Assembly: GCA_039621445.1 (NCBI GenBank)
Contig: CP154954.1
Coordinates: forward strand, 34,631,737 to 34,695,736
Source of the DNA: Euglena gracilis
Taxonomy: Eukaryota
Direction: 5' to 3'
Length of the DNA: 64,000 nt
Shown here: piece after piece, positions 1 through 14,500 of the stretch
Position numbering within the stretch: position 1 is the first letter of the stretch
How the letters are laid out: each line of letters starts with the position of its first letter
The notes under the pieces: generated by a model
The model's database searches: none
The model's input: the letters and a program-made list of their open reading frames with translations, nothing else
Told to the model about the DNA's origin: nothing
Position numbers and translations under genes: made by a program

Positions 1-264
1 GCCAATGGACATCCTAGCTCTCTGGCAGGAAGGGGGCACGGGTTGGGTTCCCAATGGCAATGACACAGAAAACCTGCCAAAAGACGGCCGCGGGAGGGAT
101 ACACGCCCAATGCGGTCACGGCTATCGATGCAAGGCGGGGTCAAATAAACGGGAAAGATCCTTGAACCAGAGATTCACTCACCCCCTGGGGGGGGGGGAC
201 TTTTCCCCGGCCCTGAACCAACTCACCCACTTTTGTTTAAAACCTCCCCCCACCCACCCACGAC

Positions 265-554
265 CAGGCTGTTTTTTGCCAACCCCCGGGGGGGGGAGGG
301 GGAGGTCCGGAGTGCCTGTGAGTGCCTGCCCAGGCAGGCACTGCCCCCCCCCCGGGGGGGGGTTGGATTTCGGCCTGTGCCTAGGCATATTCCTTTGAAA
401 ATAGGCCATTTTTGGCTCCCCGGCGTTGTGCTAGGGCACTTTTGGCCGTGTGCCCCCCTCCCCCGGGGTCGGATTTGGAGTGCCTTGGAGTGCCTGCCCA
501 GGCAGGCACCCCCCGCCCCGGGGTGGGGTCGGCACCTGACTTAAATACAGCCTG
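265..554. mobile_element. MITE with CAGGCTGT...ACAGCCTG TIRs and 8-bp TSD (hAT-like), nested in another repeat
   Basis: The TIRs are flanked by CCCACGAC (257-264) and CCCATGAC (555-562), 7/8 identical. The body has GAGTGCCTGCCCAGGCAGG repeats, and a second family member lies at about 58652-58892. Confidence 0.75.
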
Positions 555-2060
555 CCCATGACCCCCCCCCCCCCAGGGGTCAACCACCCACTCACCCACC
601 CAAAATCAAGCCATAATTGGCCGAAAATGCTGATAAAATGTTTCCAGCCTGGCTTTTGGGCGGATAAAAACTGACCCCTGGCGCACCCCGGGGGGTGGGA
701 GTCCTGGCCACCCACTCTTGAAACCCCCGGCAGGCTTGTATGGGAATCTCAGAGGGGGGGGGGAGGGACCCCCCTTCCTACCTCCAGTTTTTCGGTCGCC
801 GAACTTCTCGCTGTTGAGTGCAAAACTTCGGCCCTTTTTTGAGTCAAAAATGAATTTTTCTGAAATTTCTCAAAAATGGCGGGGAGTTAAAAGAAATATC
901 CAGAGACTTAAATTGAAGCCCTTAAAATGCCCCATCTAACAGTATTTGATTTCTCCGCAACTCCCCGTCTAGCCCGAGTTATGAGCATTTTTCGACCAAT
1001 TTTGGCTGTTTTGCCAAAATTTCATACTGAGCGTCAAGCAGGCTGGTGCTCACCGACCGGGGGGGGGAGGGGGGGGGTGCTATGGGGTGCCTGCCCCTAG
1101 CAGGCGCACCGCCCTGAGGTGGGGGACCCAGAAAACTTTCATTGAAAATGGCCTTTTCTGGGCCCCGGTGCCTTTGGCGCTGGGCTCAGAGGGGGGGGGG
1201 TGCTTGCTATGGACAGGCTGGTGGGCACCCGACATGAAGCGTCAGAAGTTTTTTTTTTGCCCCTGCAGCTTCGAGCCAGTCTGAAAGAATTCAACGCCTC
1301 AATATCGACCGAAAATGCTATTCAGGGCACCTTTTGAGGCAAAAACCAAAATTCAGCCGGGCTATTTTTCTGCCAAAAAAAATGAAGCGAAAAAACCAAA
1401 AATAGATAAAAAAAGTATTTTTGTCGATTTTTGACCACTTTTGTCCCATCACCCAGCTTGGGTGTGCTGGCCCAACTTCATTTCAGCGGACCACAGGGGG
1501 TCTGGACCCCTACATGGGGGGGGTCAGACCCTCCTCCTTTCGAAACGGCAAGGTGCCAGGAAAATTTTCGGTTCTTTGGACGGCCAAAGAACCGGATATC
1601 AGGCCAACATTGTTGGAAAATCCCCAATTTTTCTTTGAAAATAAAATCCAAACATCCTCTTCTTCTTGAAAAATTTGAACTTTTTTCCCCATGCGGACGA
1701 ACACCAAAGCATCCAAAAAAGTGCAATGTGCTGAACAGCGAGCAATATTATGCATTTTCCGGCATGCAGCGCTGGAAAAAGTTTTTTGGCGTTTTTGAAA
1801 CCTGTCAACGAGGGGGGTCCAGACCCCGGCCAGGGCGTGGGGGCACCCTGGCACCCGCCTGGTCGGGGGGAGCCGAGTGGGGCAAGGGGCCGAAGGAGGT
1901 CTTGGAGGCCCAGGCTGGAGGCAGGCGGGCGGTCACTCATCCACCTCCAGGACCCCCCATGGCCTCAGGCAGCTGGCCATGCCGGACCCCTGGAGGGCAG
2001 CAGGGGGGATGGAGGGAATGGAATGGAACGGAACGGAACGGAACGGAACGGGAACCCAAC

Positions 2061-2141
2061 CAGCGTTGGGCCCACGAGGCTGAGAAGCACAGCAGGCAAA
2101 GCCAGTGAAGCTGCGGCGCTGAACGGATGCATGGCGGGCAT
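2061..2141 (-). CDS. Possible first exon of a downstream gene with a signal-peptide-like N-terminus (MPAMHPFSAAASLALPAVLLSLVGPTL)
   Basis: ATG at 2141 is followed by a hydrophobic stretch, a GT donor, a (GTTCC)n intron and a CAG acceptor near 1991. No recognisable homology. Confidence 0.3.
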
Positions 2142-2638
2142 CGCTGCTTGCTTCGACAGACTTGGCAGCCAGCTTTGGGGGCTGGGGAGCATTCTGGGTC
2201 ACGCCGTCTCAAAGCGCTGAGCAACGGGCGAAACCTGGAGGGCAGACAAGCGCCGAAGAATGGCACACCCAGAAGTCAAACAAGTCGTATGCTGAAAGCG
2301 TAAGGCAATTCGAAAAATGGGTGGTGCTGAGTTGAACCCTCGCGAGGGCCAAATACAGCGAAAACGACGCTAACTCTCAAAGCGCAAGCTAAACCTGCAA
2401 CACGTAACCTGTAATTTTGCGTGGAAGGGGTGCTGAGGGGGCCCTTCAGCATTGGGGGGGAGGGAATGGAATCGCAGCGGGAGGAGGACGGGCCAGCCAT
2501 GCGGCGCTGGCAATTCACAGGGAAGGGGAAGCGACGATTCGCCGGGGGCGGCTGAGCGATGCGCGGCGCAGGGGAAGAGAGGTCGACTCGTGGCGCGGCG
2601 GGCCGGGGCCCCGGGGGCTCGCGCCGCGGCCCGGGCGG

Positions 2639-3822
2639 TCAGGTGGGTGTGAGGTCCTCCAGCTGCCAGCTGACCCGCACACGGCCGGACACGAACCGCC
2701 GGTAGTCCGCGAAGCAGGCGGGGCGGAGGCGGATGTCCACCCAAACGTTGGACTTGCTCGTGGTGCACCCCGTGATGCCTGCCGGGGGGGGGGGGGGGCA
2801 GGCAGGCAGGGGGGGCAGGGGCAGGACCTTCACCGGCGCAATGGGCGGCTAATCGACGGGATGGAACGCCGGCATCCCGAAATGCGGCGTGTTGCATGTG
2901 AGTCCCGCTGAGCCCCAAAACTGGCCGCCTGCCGGAACTGGGTGAATGGCAACGCACACGGCAGCAGCGCGAGAGGGGGGGGGATGGAGGTGCACCGGTG
3001 GTTTGGAACTGCCCCTCCCCCAGGAAGTCGTCGGAGGACGACCGGTCCCAGTCCCACAGGAGGACCTGGACGTGCGTGTTGGGGCTGAACACCACGAACT
3101 GCATCGTCTGCGGAGGACCCCCGGACCGCCTCTCCCCCCACCCCGCCCCTCCCGGGGTTTCAGACAAACGTTGGGCCTCCCACAGAGAGCTCTGCCTTCG
3201 GACCCCAAGCCTGCCACCCTTCCACCCCCCAAAAAAGCTGCATAATTTGCTGAATAAACAAATCCATCGGATGGCTCCGTGGGCCAAACCACCCCAAAGA
3301 CAGACCCCTCTGCTGGGAGGGGCCTGTCTTTGGCGGGGCACACCTCCTCGAAGAGGGGGTGCATGTCCTTCAGCTTGGACTTGGTGGGGGCAGGGCGCCC
3401 ATGGGGCAACGCGGACGGACGCCACCGCCAGTGAGCAATCGGCGGCCAGGCAGCCCGGAGAAGCAGTCGCACAGAAGGGGCTATTTCATTCTGCAAAACA
3501 AGCCGGTGCTGAAAGCGGAAACACCAGCCAGATGCTCCCGCTGAGAGAGACCTCCGGGTTCTGAGGCGAAAATGCCACAAATATGTAGGGAGGAGGAAAA
3601 CATCACAATGCAAAAACTGGCCCCGCCCCAGGTGGGGTCGGCCGGCGCGCGGTATCGATTGAAATGGAGAGCCCACAAGTGAGAGGAGTGCCGGCCGGCC
3701 AGCGATGCGGCGCCGCCATGGCCCCCCCCCCCCCCACTCCCCCCCCAACGCCCCTCCACCCACTCAAACAACCTCCCACCCCCCCCCCCCCACCCATCCC
3801 CCCCCCCCCCCCCCCCCCCCCC

Positions 3823-3858
<36 letters not shown>

Positions 3859-3963
3859 GGCGGTCCATCTGCTGCCCGACCATCACCGCCACGTAGGGGT
3901 CCGTGGAGAAGTGGTCGGAGGCGCGGAAGCCGTGGGCGCAGTGGATGGTGACGAAGAGCCGGC
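2639..3963 (-). CDS. Exons of the C-terminal C2 domain of the MCTP-like gene
   Basis: C2 hallmark motifs DPYV and WDWD....DDFLG. The GT-AG intron 2779-2995 is in phase 1, and the TGA stop is at 2639-2641. Confidence 0.85.
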
Positions 3964-6900
3964 CTGGATGGCGAGGCTGTGGACGTTGCTGAAGGACGCC
4001 CCCCGGGGGGGGGTCCAGCTCAGAGGCTGGAAAAGGCTGCTGGCTGACCCCCCACAGTTTCAAAAAAAAGGTATTTTCCCACCTTGCTGATTGAATCATT
4101 CCAAGAAACGCCCAACTCTGCTCACTTCCGAGAACGATCTGAAATAGAGGATGAAATAATGTCCTCAAAAGCGGAGGATGGGTGCGTCGCTGCTGGAATG
4201 CTGCTGGGGGTGAGAGGGAAAAAAAGGGGCGGCAAGGTATTGGGGTCCTGGGCTGGAGCTGGGCCAGACCTGGGGTCCAACCGGGTGCCCAAAAATCGAA
4301 ATTGCAAAAATGCCCAAAAAATGCCAATTATGAAAAAAATGCTTTTTTTGACCCAAAACTGTCCTGGCCAACCGTTTTCCGGACCACATGCCCATTTTCG
4401 GCCCATTTTTGCCCTTCCAAAGGCGAAGAACACTGTTACCGCCGAGCCTGAAGGGCGGCTGGAAATAAATGATAAAAAAATAAACTCGCTGATGGGGGGT
4501 TGAAATAACATGCAATTACATGTGCACAGATGAGACGACCAGAATGTCGGGGAAAGAAATGCTGCTGCTATTGTTCCAGTGTGGCAGTGGGGTTGATGGT
4601 AGCACACCGACGTAAGGGTGCACTGACGGCGCAGACCGTAGCCGAACACCATCCATGTGAGACGCAAACGTGAAGCAGCGGAGGATGGGGTAGCGAATGA
4701 ATACTGCGAGGCGGAAGGGAGGATGGCCAGCGACTGAGGAAAAATGTTTGGGAAAAGAGGTTTTGTTGGAGTGAAACAAAATGCACACCAACACGGCTGT
4801 CAAACCAGTATTTTTTTTGAAAAAATACATGACTTCACCGAAAAGAAAACTTTAGCTGTGCCGTCAAATGCCCAGAAGGTTGGTCAGACCGCTGATGGAC
4901 AAATAGACCACCAGCAGGAAGTTCAGCATCACCCAGCCTGGCAGGACGAACGTGAGGAGGAAGCAGCCGGAAAAGAAGCCGAGGGCGAGGACGCTGGACC
5001 GCGGGTGCTGCCACGTGGCGAGGGACAGGAAGCGGTCGAAGACCCGCCAGTTCAGCCACGCGGTGCTGACCATGACCCTGAGTGGCAGGGATGTGGGGGA
5101 TGGGGGAGGCTTTGGAGGAGTGGGGGGGTCTGGTGCTGTGTGGATTGCGTGTGTCTCTGGTCAAATGTGCCCAGCGCCAGACCCTCGTGGGGTCCCACCC
5201 CGTGCCCTCCCATAGCACCCCCCCCCCTGTTCGGCATGTGCTGTACCCATGAAAATGACAATTGACACAAAGTGCCAAAAAAATATCTTGCAAATTTGGG
5301 TTGACTGTGAAAAGACAGCTTTCCAAGAGTCCTTCAATGGTCCCACAAGTTGGAACAAAGCCCGAAAAAAATGCAGAAAAATTGGCAAAAATCTCAAACA
5401 GAGCAAATCCTCACCCATTATTTTTCAGGTGTCAAATTGGCTCGTTTCAGATTTGTTTGTTGACAATGAAACATTTTCATTGACCATTTTTGGACACATC
5501 CACAGGGAAAAAAATGGGTCCATTTCAAAAAGTCAAAAAAAATCCCTAGAATCGGAATTATTTTTTGGGATACAGAAATCAGAATAATTTTGGGTGATAA
5601 TTGCATTGTCACACTCAAATTGGCTGAATTTAAGGCTTCCATGGGAGCGTATACTGGAACAGGCACTTCAAGGCACCAATATCTGACCCTCCTTCCTTGG
5701 GGAAGGGGTGTTCCTGGACACTCAGCCAAAGGCACTCAGCGCCTGAGGCCCAAAAAGAGGCATTTTTGGGCAATTTGGATGACCCCCAGGGGTGTCTGCC
5801 CGCCCAGACACCCCAGGGTACTCTGAAGCCCCCTCTCAAAATGATCGAATTTGGCCTCGAATTTTGCCAAACGTCGAGCCTTTCCTCAACTTTATTGGTT
5901 GGTGCAGTTCCTTGGAAAGTTCCTCTGAAAAAATAACGTGACTTGGAAAATCTACGGGCTAAGGCCAAAACTTGATCCATCAGCAACCAGGGTGCCATCC
6001 AAGCAACAGGTGGTCCCACTCCCTGTAGCTTAAAGGGAGGGTCAAGCCCTTTTTCCCAGTCCAGGCCCCTTAGCTTGTATTCGGTTTCCCATCCAACCAA
6101 TCGAAGGGCGGTTGGATGGCAACATATTTTCTGCTTGGGGGTGCAAAAAAAATTGGAGAATGGGTCCAAATTTTCGGTCAAACATTTATTTTTTGCATAA
6201 TTAAAAAATATGAATTTTCAGACAATATTGAAATCAAACACAATTCAGTGTTTTTTTTGGAAGTTTGTGGGGGATTCAATTTTTGAGGGGCTATTTTTTG
6301 GATCCTTGCTGGAAATCAGCAGGGCTGGAGAAGCCTTAACCTGAACAGGTAGTTGTTTAGGGCCATTAGTGCAATTGTGCAATTGCGCAAATGACAACCC
6401 TTTTTGAAAATCACCACTTGGCATTCAAAACAGGACAATTTAATTATGGTGCGGGCTGGGCGCCAGGACCCAGAGATGAAAACTAAGCTTTTGACAGTTA
6501 GGGTGCCCGGACCAAGTGTCCCCCGGAGCACACAGGGTCCACAGGCCAAACATACGTTTGGAGACTGCCAAACAGGCTGCCTCATCAACATAGCATGTTG
6601 CAGGAACAACTTTGAGCAGGTAAGACAGAGTCACATATGCCACATTTTGTTTTTCGAAAATTTGGTGGTCCATTTGCGCAATTGTCAAAGTGGTCCATTT
6701 GCTTTTGTGCAAATGGAACACTTTCACCAGCAAAAAAAAGGATTATTCGTGCAACTGCACAAGCACTTGATCCAAATGCATTTAAATAATTCAGCATATT
6801 ATATGTGCTTTATATCTAGGTATTATAGATGTTATATGTGTAATAAGGACATATTAAGGAAATACTTCAACATGCTTTAAATCTTAACTTGAAATTGGAC

Positions 6901-9900
6901 AAAAATGATGCCGCAGGGGCCCAAATCTAGTCATTGGTAGCTGAGCCGTGAAAACCATTTTTTTTGTGAAAATCACTTTTACCACTCAAACACCAACGTA
7001 AATGCCAAATAACAATTTTATTTCTGGAAAAAAAATATATTATACAAATTTATATTATTAATATTATATATATATATATATATTATATATAAAATATATA
7101 TTATAAATATTTGAAAACCACTCTTCACCCAATCTTTCAGTTGAGAAATGAAGCGCAATACATCGGCTGCGAATAGATGGTGTGGCCGACATAAAAAAAC
7201 TTTTGCATTCAGGGGGACGCACTATGCAATACCCTGACAAACTTTCATTGACCACCTAAGGTATTCTGCAGCACCTAGATTTTGTGGAGCTGTGTTCACT
7301 CTGCTCTTGTCTCAAAAGCGACTGTCAAGGTTCAAAAAAGTGAAATCTTTTTGGTCAACTCTTGGAATTGCACACAAACGGACCATTCATGTGAAACTGC
7401 CCTCCTTTCCCTGACTTCAAAACCCACCACCACCTGGCATTGGAAATTGCCACACAGAAATGCAGGGGGAGGAAGACCAGAGCTTTCGTGTATTTTTTGG
7501 GCTTCTCTTGCTTCTCGAGGATGAAACCAAGGGAAACAAAACCCAGTGCAATTTTACAGAGGGCCAAGGACGCGAAATGTTTGCCCGTCCCAGAGTTCAA
7601 AAACGGTCGTGTTCCACATGTCTAGGGGTAATGTGAAACCAGCCGGAAACAAAGCTGGACCAGAACCCCGGCAAATAAAAGGGACATTGGCCCAGTCGGG
7701 CAAATTCACCGGCATACAGCTCAAATGCGAGATCGGTCGCCAAGGCAGGGGGGGTCTTATTTCCTCAAGGGTCTCACAGTGCTGATCACCAAAAGAAAAC
7801 ACCACAATTCACGCGTTTTCAAAAAAAAGCATTTACGATGAAAATCATGAACATGCACCCCTCCTTGTGGACATCAATGATGTAGCTCCTGGGTGTGGAG
7901 CGGGACACACTTTCCCAGTTCCTGCTTGGTCTTCTTCGTCCTCTCCACCTTCATGTGGGATGGTTTACACACCTAAGAAGAGTCATCCAACGTTTGGCCC
8001 GAACAAAGCTCGCATTGCTCACAAAGCCCTGACCGCAATCCATAAAAATATTTCTTCAGAACGTTGCGGAGATTTGCGAACACACTGTGTTTTTTTCAAT
8101 TCTCCTCAATAGACTGTGTTGGCTCCTGGACTGAAAAGGAGAAAGCACCTTATAACTCTGTGTTGCTTGGGCTTGGAATGTGGGCGGGAAAATATTTTCA
8201 AAGGAGTGAACGACAATGAAATAATTTTCGGAAACAACAATCAAATAAGTTTTTTTTGGCAACCCTCGCGTCCACCAGACTATGCGCCACAAAGTGCAGC
8301 TGACCACTGGCCAGCCCAATTGGCTCTCAACCATAAACCCCCTCCAATGATACCCCCCCCCCTTACACCCCCTCCCCATTATAAACCCTGTCTCAGGCCG
8401 ACCACACGAAACCTTGACTATTAATAATAATAGCCCCCTGGGGAAAAATTACACATGCCGAGAACGATTTTTTTCAGCTGCAAAACCTCCCAAAAATGAT
8501 TTTTTGGCTATTTTTATGCGATTGACCATCAAAAAAAAATGGCATTTTGACAAAATTTGCCCAAAAATTGCCAATTTGGGGCATTTTGGGAGCATTTGGG
8601 GCATTTGGGGAGGCATTTGGGGAATTTGGGGGTCGGATTTTACCAAACCCCCCTTTCGGCTGACCAACCAAACAGATCCTGCAAACCATGGGGGTTTTGT
8701 AAGTGTGGGGGGGGGAGGTCACCTTCTCGGTCCAGAAATCCTGGTGGAGGTACCCGACCAGAAAGCTGCTGACGAACAGGGCGAAGAGGCCGGGCACCAT
8801 GGCAGGGACGCGCTGGTACCGTGGACCTTCCTCAGCCCAATTCCTTCCGCCGTTTGCCTTTTGGGCAGAAACCGCCCCACGGGAAGGGGCAGAGCAACCT
8901 CCGACCGCACAAGACACTGTGGTGCGGGTCGGAGGGGGACCCAGCCCGGACCCGAACGGTCCACACCCGCCCTCCCCCCTCCGCCGCACCGAGGACGGCC
9001 CAGCTCTGGCGCAGCCCTGGCCCCAGAGGTGGTAATGCCCCAGCACCCCGTTGACGCCCATCACTGCGGCGGGAGTGGAAGGGCACCCACCCACCCACCT
9101 CCAGGGAGGACGGTGTGACCCCCCCCAAAGAATAATTCACATTTGGGCGGAATTTCAAGACCCTCGGGCGTTTCATGTGGGTGGGGGGTCGAATTTGGTG
9201 CGGGATCCCGATTCTAAAATCCCAATTCCAAAATGGTCCCGAGTACATTCTTTGCTCAAACCCCACCAACATTCAGCACAAATCCAGCAGGGAACCATTT
9301 TGAGGCAAAAACGTCGAATTTATTGTAAAAAAAAAAGCGGCAGAATGAGACTGTTTAGGGATTTCCCCCATTCCATCTAAAAAGGATGGTTATATGTGGA
9401 CACCAAATTGTAACCCTCTATATATTACATATAGAGGTTGGTTATGTTGGGGGGATTACTGCCCGGCACATGGACATAAACTAGGCATACAAGAGCCAAC
9501 AAACCAACACACAATTGCAAAGCATGGGACAAAACCGAGCGACGCAGGGGTGGGAAATGGGAAATGGCAGAACTGGCGGGGTGGAAGCCGAGGAGGGCCC
9601 CCCACACCAGTGCCAAACACCAGCGCCGACCGCCGGGGGCTGTCGAACAGCAGCAGCCGGTTCCACGCCTCCAGCTTGGGGGCCAGGCCGGAGGACTCCG
9701 CCTTCAGCAGGATCCGGGCTCGGGCGGACCGCACCGCCAGCACCACGGCGTCCCGCCCAGCGCCCCCGCCGAGCCCGCCCCCCCCCCCCCCCCCGAGAGA
9801 GGTGAGAGGCGCTACGGCGCAGCCCGCAACCCCACCGTGGCTGCAAAAGGCTGGAATTGTTGGGTTATTTTTTGAAACGTTGACTTTTGGGCCCAAAGCT

Positions 9901-11537
9901 GCCATTGAAAATGTCAGGGGGAGGATTTTCTTTCGGTCTTCACCACTTGGGATTGCAGTCAGGTGGGGAGGGGTAGCCCCCAGGTCACCCGCCGCCTCTC
10001 CGAGGCCCCTGGGGTCCTCAAACCTCGGGGATTGTTGCCAAATCGGCACCACTGCTGGCAACGTTTTGGTTGTGGGCGTGCACAGGCTGTCGCTGTTGGA
10101 CTCTGTGGATGGCAAGGTTGCCATTCCGGATTGGAACAATTGAAAATAAAAGTTGGTCAGGTTGAGCCTTAGAACCTGGAATCATGCCCTGTACAGCAGG
10201 GGGGGGGAATGCAACTTGGCCCTTCAAATTATGCAAGTCAAAAATGCAAAAAAATGCAAAAAATGCTACTTGCATAAAACCCCTGACAAAAAGCTGGAAT
10301 ACAACAAAGCTTTGCTGCCTAACATCAATAAACATGTGCCGGGGTACTTGTCAATGATTCACAAAGAAAACCCCCTGGAAGACCGGCAAGCACTGACGCT
10401 TTGAAAATCAACACAAATGGCACCTGCATGTTCAGTCTAAGCAAATCGTCCCTCCAGGTCACCATTGAACATCAATAAAATGGACATTTACGAGAATTGA
10501 GAGCATATCTGATGCTAGGAATGCAGCACAAAGGTCATTTTTTGCATAAAATTTTTCGGGGCAAAATTTTTATGCAAAAAAATACAAAAAAATGAAATTT
10601 CGGAAAACCCTGATTATGCAAAAAAATGCAAATTATGCAAGTTGCATATCCCCCCCTTGCTGTAAAGCCGGCGATGGGCTCCTTTTGGTCCTAACATGCT
10701 CATCATAGACGTTGTTTTTTTTTTTTGCAGGGAGTGGCCAAGAAATTGAGTTTTTGCCTTTTTTTCAAAAAAACTGTGTCTTCGGGGATGAGCTCCCAAA
10801 CCCAACAGTAAAAAAATGGGCCACATTAATCATGTGTCAGAAGGGGGCTGGCCCCAATCCATTTCTGGGTAGATGATGTCCTGCACCGGCACCTGAGGCG
10901 AGGCGGGCGAGGCAGCGCTGAGCAAGGTGTGGCCTGGGATCCAGAAACGCCTGGGCTCGCTGTTAGACGACACCAGGGCGTGGGATTCAAAATCAGCAGA
11001 ATTCGAAAATTGAGTTGCGCGTTTTCAGCACATGAGTTTGATCAGAATCTCAAAACAGTTGACTGTGTGATTCTGGCTTGAGAAATACAAAAGCATTTAA
11101 TAATCTCAATCTTAATTTAATGAGACAGCCGAATTTGCACAATAGGAAAACAGAACAAATTCAAAAAAACAAAACAACCCACGTACTGCAGCAAAACTGA
11201 CCATTGCGACGTGAGGAATATTTGTTGCTTAGGGAGATTGCATCGAAAGAACAAAATCATTTGGGAAAATGAACATCTGAGCAGGAAAAAAACCATTGGT
11301 CTCGAGGTTGCATACTAGGTGTTCCCAAAGGTTCTTCTTCTCCACATCTCTGGGAGCAAAGAGCATAAAAGAAAACAATACTGTGAAAACTGGAAAAACC
11401 ACAAAGACAAAAGCCTCTTAAAGTAATGCACACACAAAAACATCAAAAATTGTTCAAAAAACAAAAAGATGCCTTCTTTCAACTAGAGTGAAGATTCAAA
11501 TCATGCAGAATAAATATACTCATACTGAACTGTTCGT

Positions 11538-11571
<34 letters not shown>

Positions 11572-14500
11572 ACCCACACCCACACCCACACCCACCCACA
11601 CCCACACCCACCCACCCACACCCACACCCACCCACCCACCCACCCACACACACACACACACACACCTGTTGTATGCCACAGAAAATCGAACTTTCAATAC
11701 CCCAACAGTTGCTGCTTCCCTGTCACTGAGAAAAAAAGCAAAGAAACGCTCCAACACACAAAAAACAAATACACCCAGCAGGGATTGGTGCTTTCTTTGG
11801 GACCCCCCCAAAAACGACCCAAAAGTGGCCATTTTTGGGCACTTTTTGGGCAAAAAAAAAAAAAACCAAAAAAAAAAAACGTGGCCAAAAAAAATGGCAA
11901 AAAACAAAATTTTCGGGCGCAAGGCCGGGAGGCAAAAAAAAAAAAAAAAATTGACCTTTTTTTGGGGCGGTCGGTCCGGACCCCCCTTGCAGGTTGGGGG
12001 GGCGGTTTCCGGGACCCCCCCCCCCCTTGGCGGGCCAGGGAGGGGAGGGGGGGGGGTGGGGGGGGACACCCCCCCCACCTAAACCATGTACGCCCTCCTT
12101 ATATCGAACCCTGGATTGGTGCTTATCCAGGGTTGGGTTTCTGAATTGTCCATGTTTTAGTTGTATTGTCTGCAGCTATCCATTTCAGGATGTGCACCAA
12201 TCTCTTGCATGCTTCAATGAGAGGCGCCATCCAGCAAGACAGGAAGCAGTCATTTTTGCAGCCTGTGTTGGGCATATTTTGAATAGAAAGTTCGAATTCG
12301 TTTAATTTTTAACTATTATGTATTATCCAGGTATTAATCCAGGGGAGGGGGTTCCGGACCTCTCCGATGCAGGGCTATTTTGGATGGTGTCCTTCCACAA
12401 ACCCTGACCCATCACCGTCAGGATTCAGACAATCCCAGCGGGTGGCACTCTGGGCATACAGGTGAGTTGTTGGTTCGGATCACTTAACTGTTGTATGCAA
12501 AACCAACCCAATATTTTCAATGTCTTCACAAGCCATCAAAAAGAAGGCAGTCAAATGTTTCTGACCGCAACGCCATCGTTGTGGGAATTTCCCCAGAATT
12601 GACCATTGAATCCCTTGTTCAGTGTAAACAAAAGAAGGAAAAATTATCATTTCTAACCTGGAGTTGCCGCTGAATGAGACGAAATTCAAACGGGGCATCC
12701 CATATTGCTTGCCGACCCCGGGGGAGGGTGGGTCACATTCAAAAAGCTGGCATGGGAAAAGGAACCCCCCCCCCAAGCCCAATGAACACTAAGGTGACAA
12801 CCTAGACGGTCCGAGCGGGGGGCGTTCATTGGACATGGGTGTTCACTAATTCTGTCACCTTCTCAGTGTAGCCTTGAAACGTGCATAAACAGTGCATGCC
12901 AGGGCAGAACGGGAAGGCATGGTGGGGGGGGGGTGGTCGACCCCCCACCCGGGAGGTGGGGGGGGGTCGACCCTCCACCCACCACAGCATTTTCACTGAT
13001 TTCGAGAAAACGAGGATGTTGGCCATAAAATTTTTTGATTTTTTTTTGAAAAATGAACCCAAAACACATGATTTTTTGATGGAAAAACACATTTTTTGTT
13101 ACAAAAAGACTCAAAAATAAAAGGTTAAAAATTGGTAGTTTTTAGGGGGGGGTGAAAAAAACGAAGGTCAAAAAAGTGGTCCAAATTTTGGCACAATCAA
13201 ATTTTACTGACATTTTTTCTTTGATTTTTTTTGGACTTTCAATGGCATTCTTTGTTTCAAAGAACTCTCAAAATCAAAGTTTTGAGAAAACGGTGAATTT
13301 TTGGAAGGTGTGAAAAAATGGGGTTTTGGGTGGTTTGCATGCAGGGGGTTGGGGGGGGGGAGGTGGTACCGTGATCTGAATCAGAATCTCTGGCATCCTC
13401 ACAACAGCAACAAAGGAATATTTCCTTGCCGACACAAAAAAAGTATATGGTGACAATCTAGACGGTCCGAACACCCCCTGTTCATTGGGCTTGAGGGGGG
13501 GGGGAGGTAGCTGGCTGGAATTTTGAACGGAACACTAGGGTTCTTTCGCTGTTTTCCCCAGGATAGAGACCCAGGGGACACCGTTCGTCTGGCAGTGTCA
13601 CCAAGGGCAGGTCAAGGTCGACAGGCGCCACATCGATGGAGGGCACCTGTACTCCCGTCATCAGCCCAACTTTGCCCGACTTGGCTGCGAGCGAAAAAGG
13701 AGACCAACGCCGAAGGGGGGGGGTCAAAACGCCATACACAGTGATATGCGCAATCTGGTTAAAGACCATTGCTACCACATCCAGGCACAGGTTGTATTGG
13801 AACACTGGAAATGGGATTCAGTGTTCACAGCGAAATTACCCAGAGCGGCTTCTTGGTTTTCAAATAAAAAAGACCATTCGTCCAGCACACGCCTCTCTAC
13901 CAGGTACCCATTGTTAGATTACTGGGTCCAGAGGGAACGGGGGGGGGGGGCAACAAAAGACATCAGACATGCCCTTTGGGGAAATACAAAGGCATACATG
14001 AAAGGGAAAAAGGGACGGAGGGAAAAAAGCATTTTAAAGAGGGTTGCAGAATGGAACAGATCAGGGCACTTTTATGGCATCAAAATGCAGGTCCTTTTGG
14101 ACTTGCCCAGAAATGTGAAATACAACTGCACAAACAAATTTAGCAAGCCAGCTTCACGGCCATACATCTCTTTAAGGATCCTGGAGGAGTGGCTTGGCCC
14201 TGGCTGAATCTGAACCAGGCCTTGGAATCGAACAGAACCAAGAAACTACATGAAAACCCTCCAAACCTTTATTCTTTATTTTACCACTTCTTTCAAATCT
14301 TTCTTCCTGCTGACCAAGCAAAAAGGGCTGGGTAAAAAAGCCAGCATCCCTCTGGGGCTGCACTGGGCCAAGGTCGGGGCTGGCTGCAACAGCCCCAGTG
14401 GGGGAGTCTCCAAAACCTTCAAGAGATGCATATGCAACTGTGCAAACAAATATAATTATCAGTTTGCACAGCTGTGCCACAAAAAAAGCAAGTCAGCTTG

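Noticed and set aside
3620-3860. Junctions around the poly-C tract within the C2 domain (YRAPADPTW mini-exon)
   Set aside because: No consistent splice sites could be assigned; the homopolymer may be mis-assembled.
5630-6181. Protein-like ORF stretches here and at ~13950-14450, ~44780-45060, ~46560-47900 and ~60360-60900 (possible decayed transposon genes)
   Set aside because: No recognisable motif by eye; a translated homology search would be needed.
8828-9024. Nonconventional intron GGC-CAG...CTG-AGGAA|G in the MCTP-like gene
   Set aside because: The register and frame fit, but pairing does not extend beyond CAG/CTG and the region is also open in frame, so it is undecidable without cDNA.
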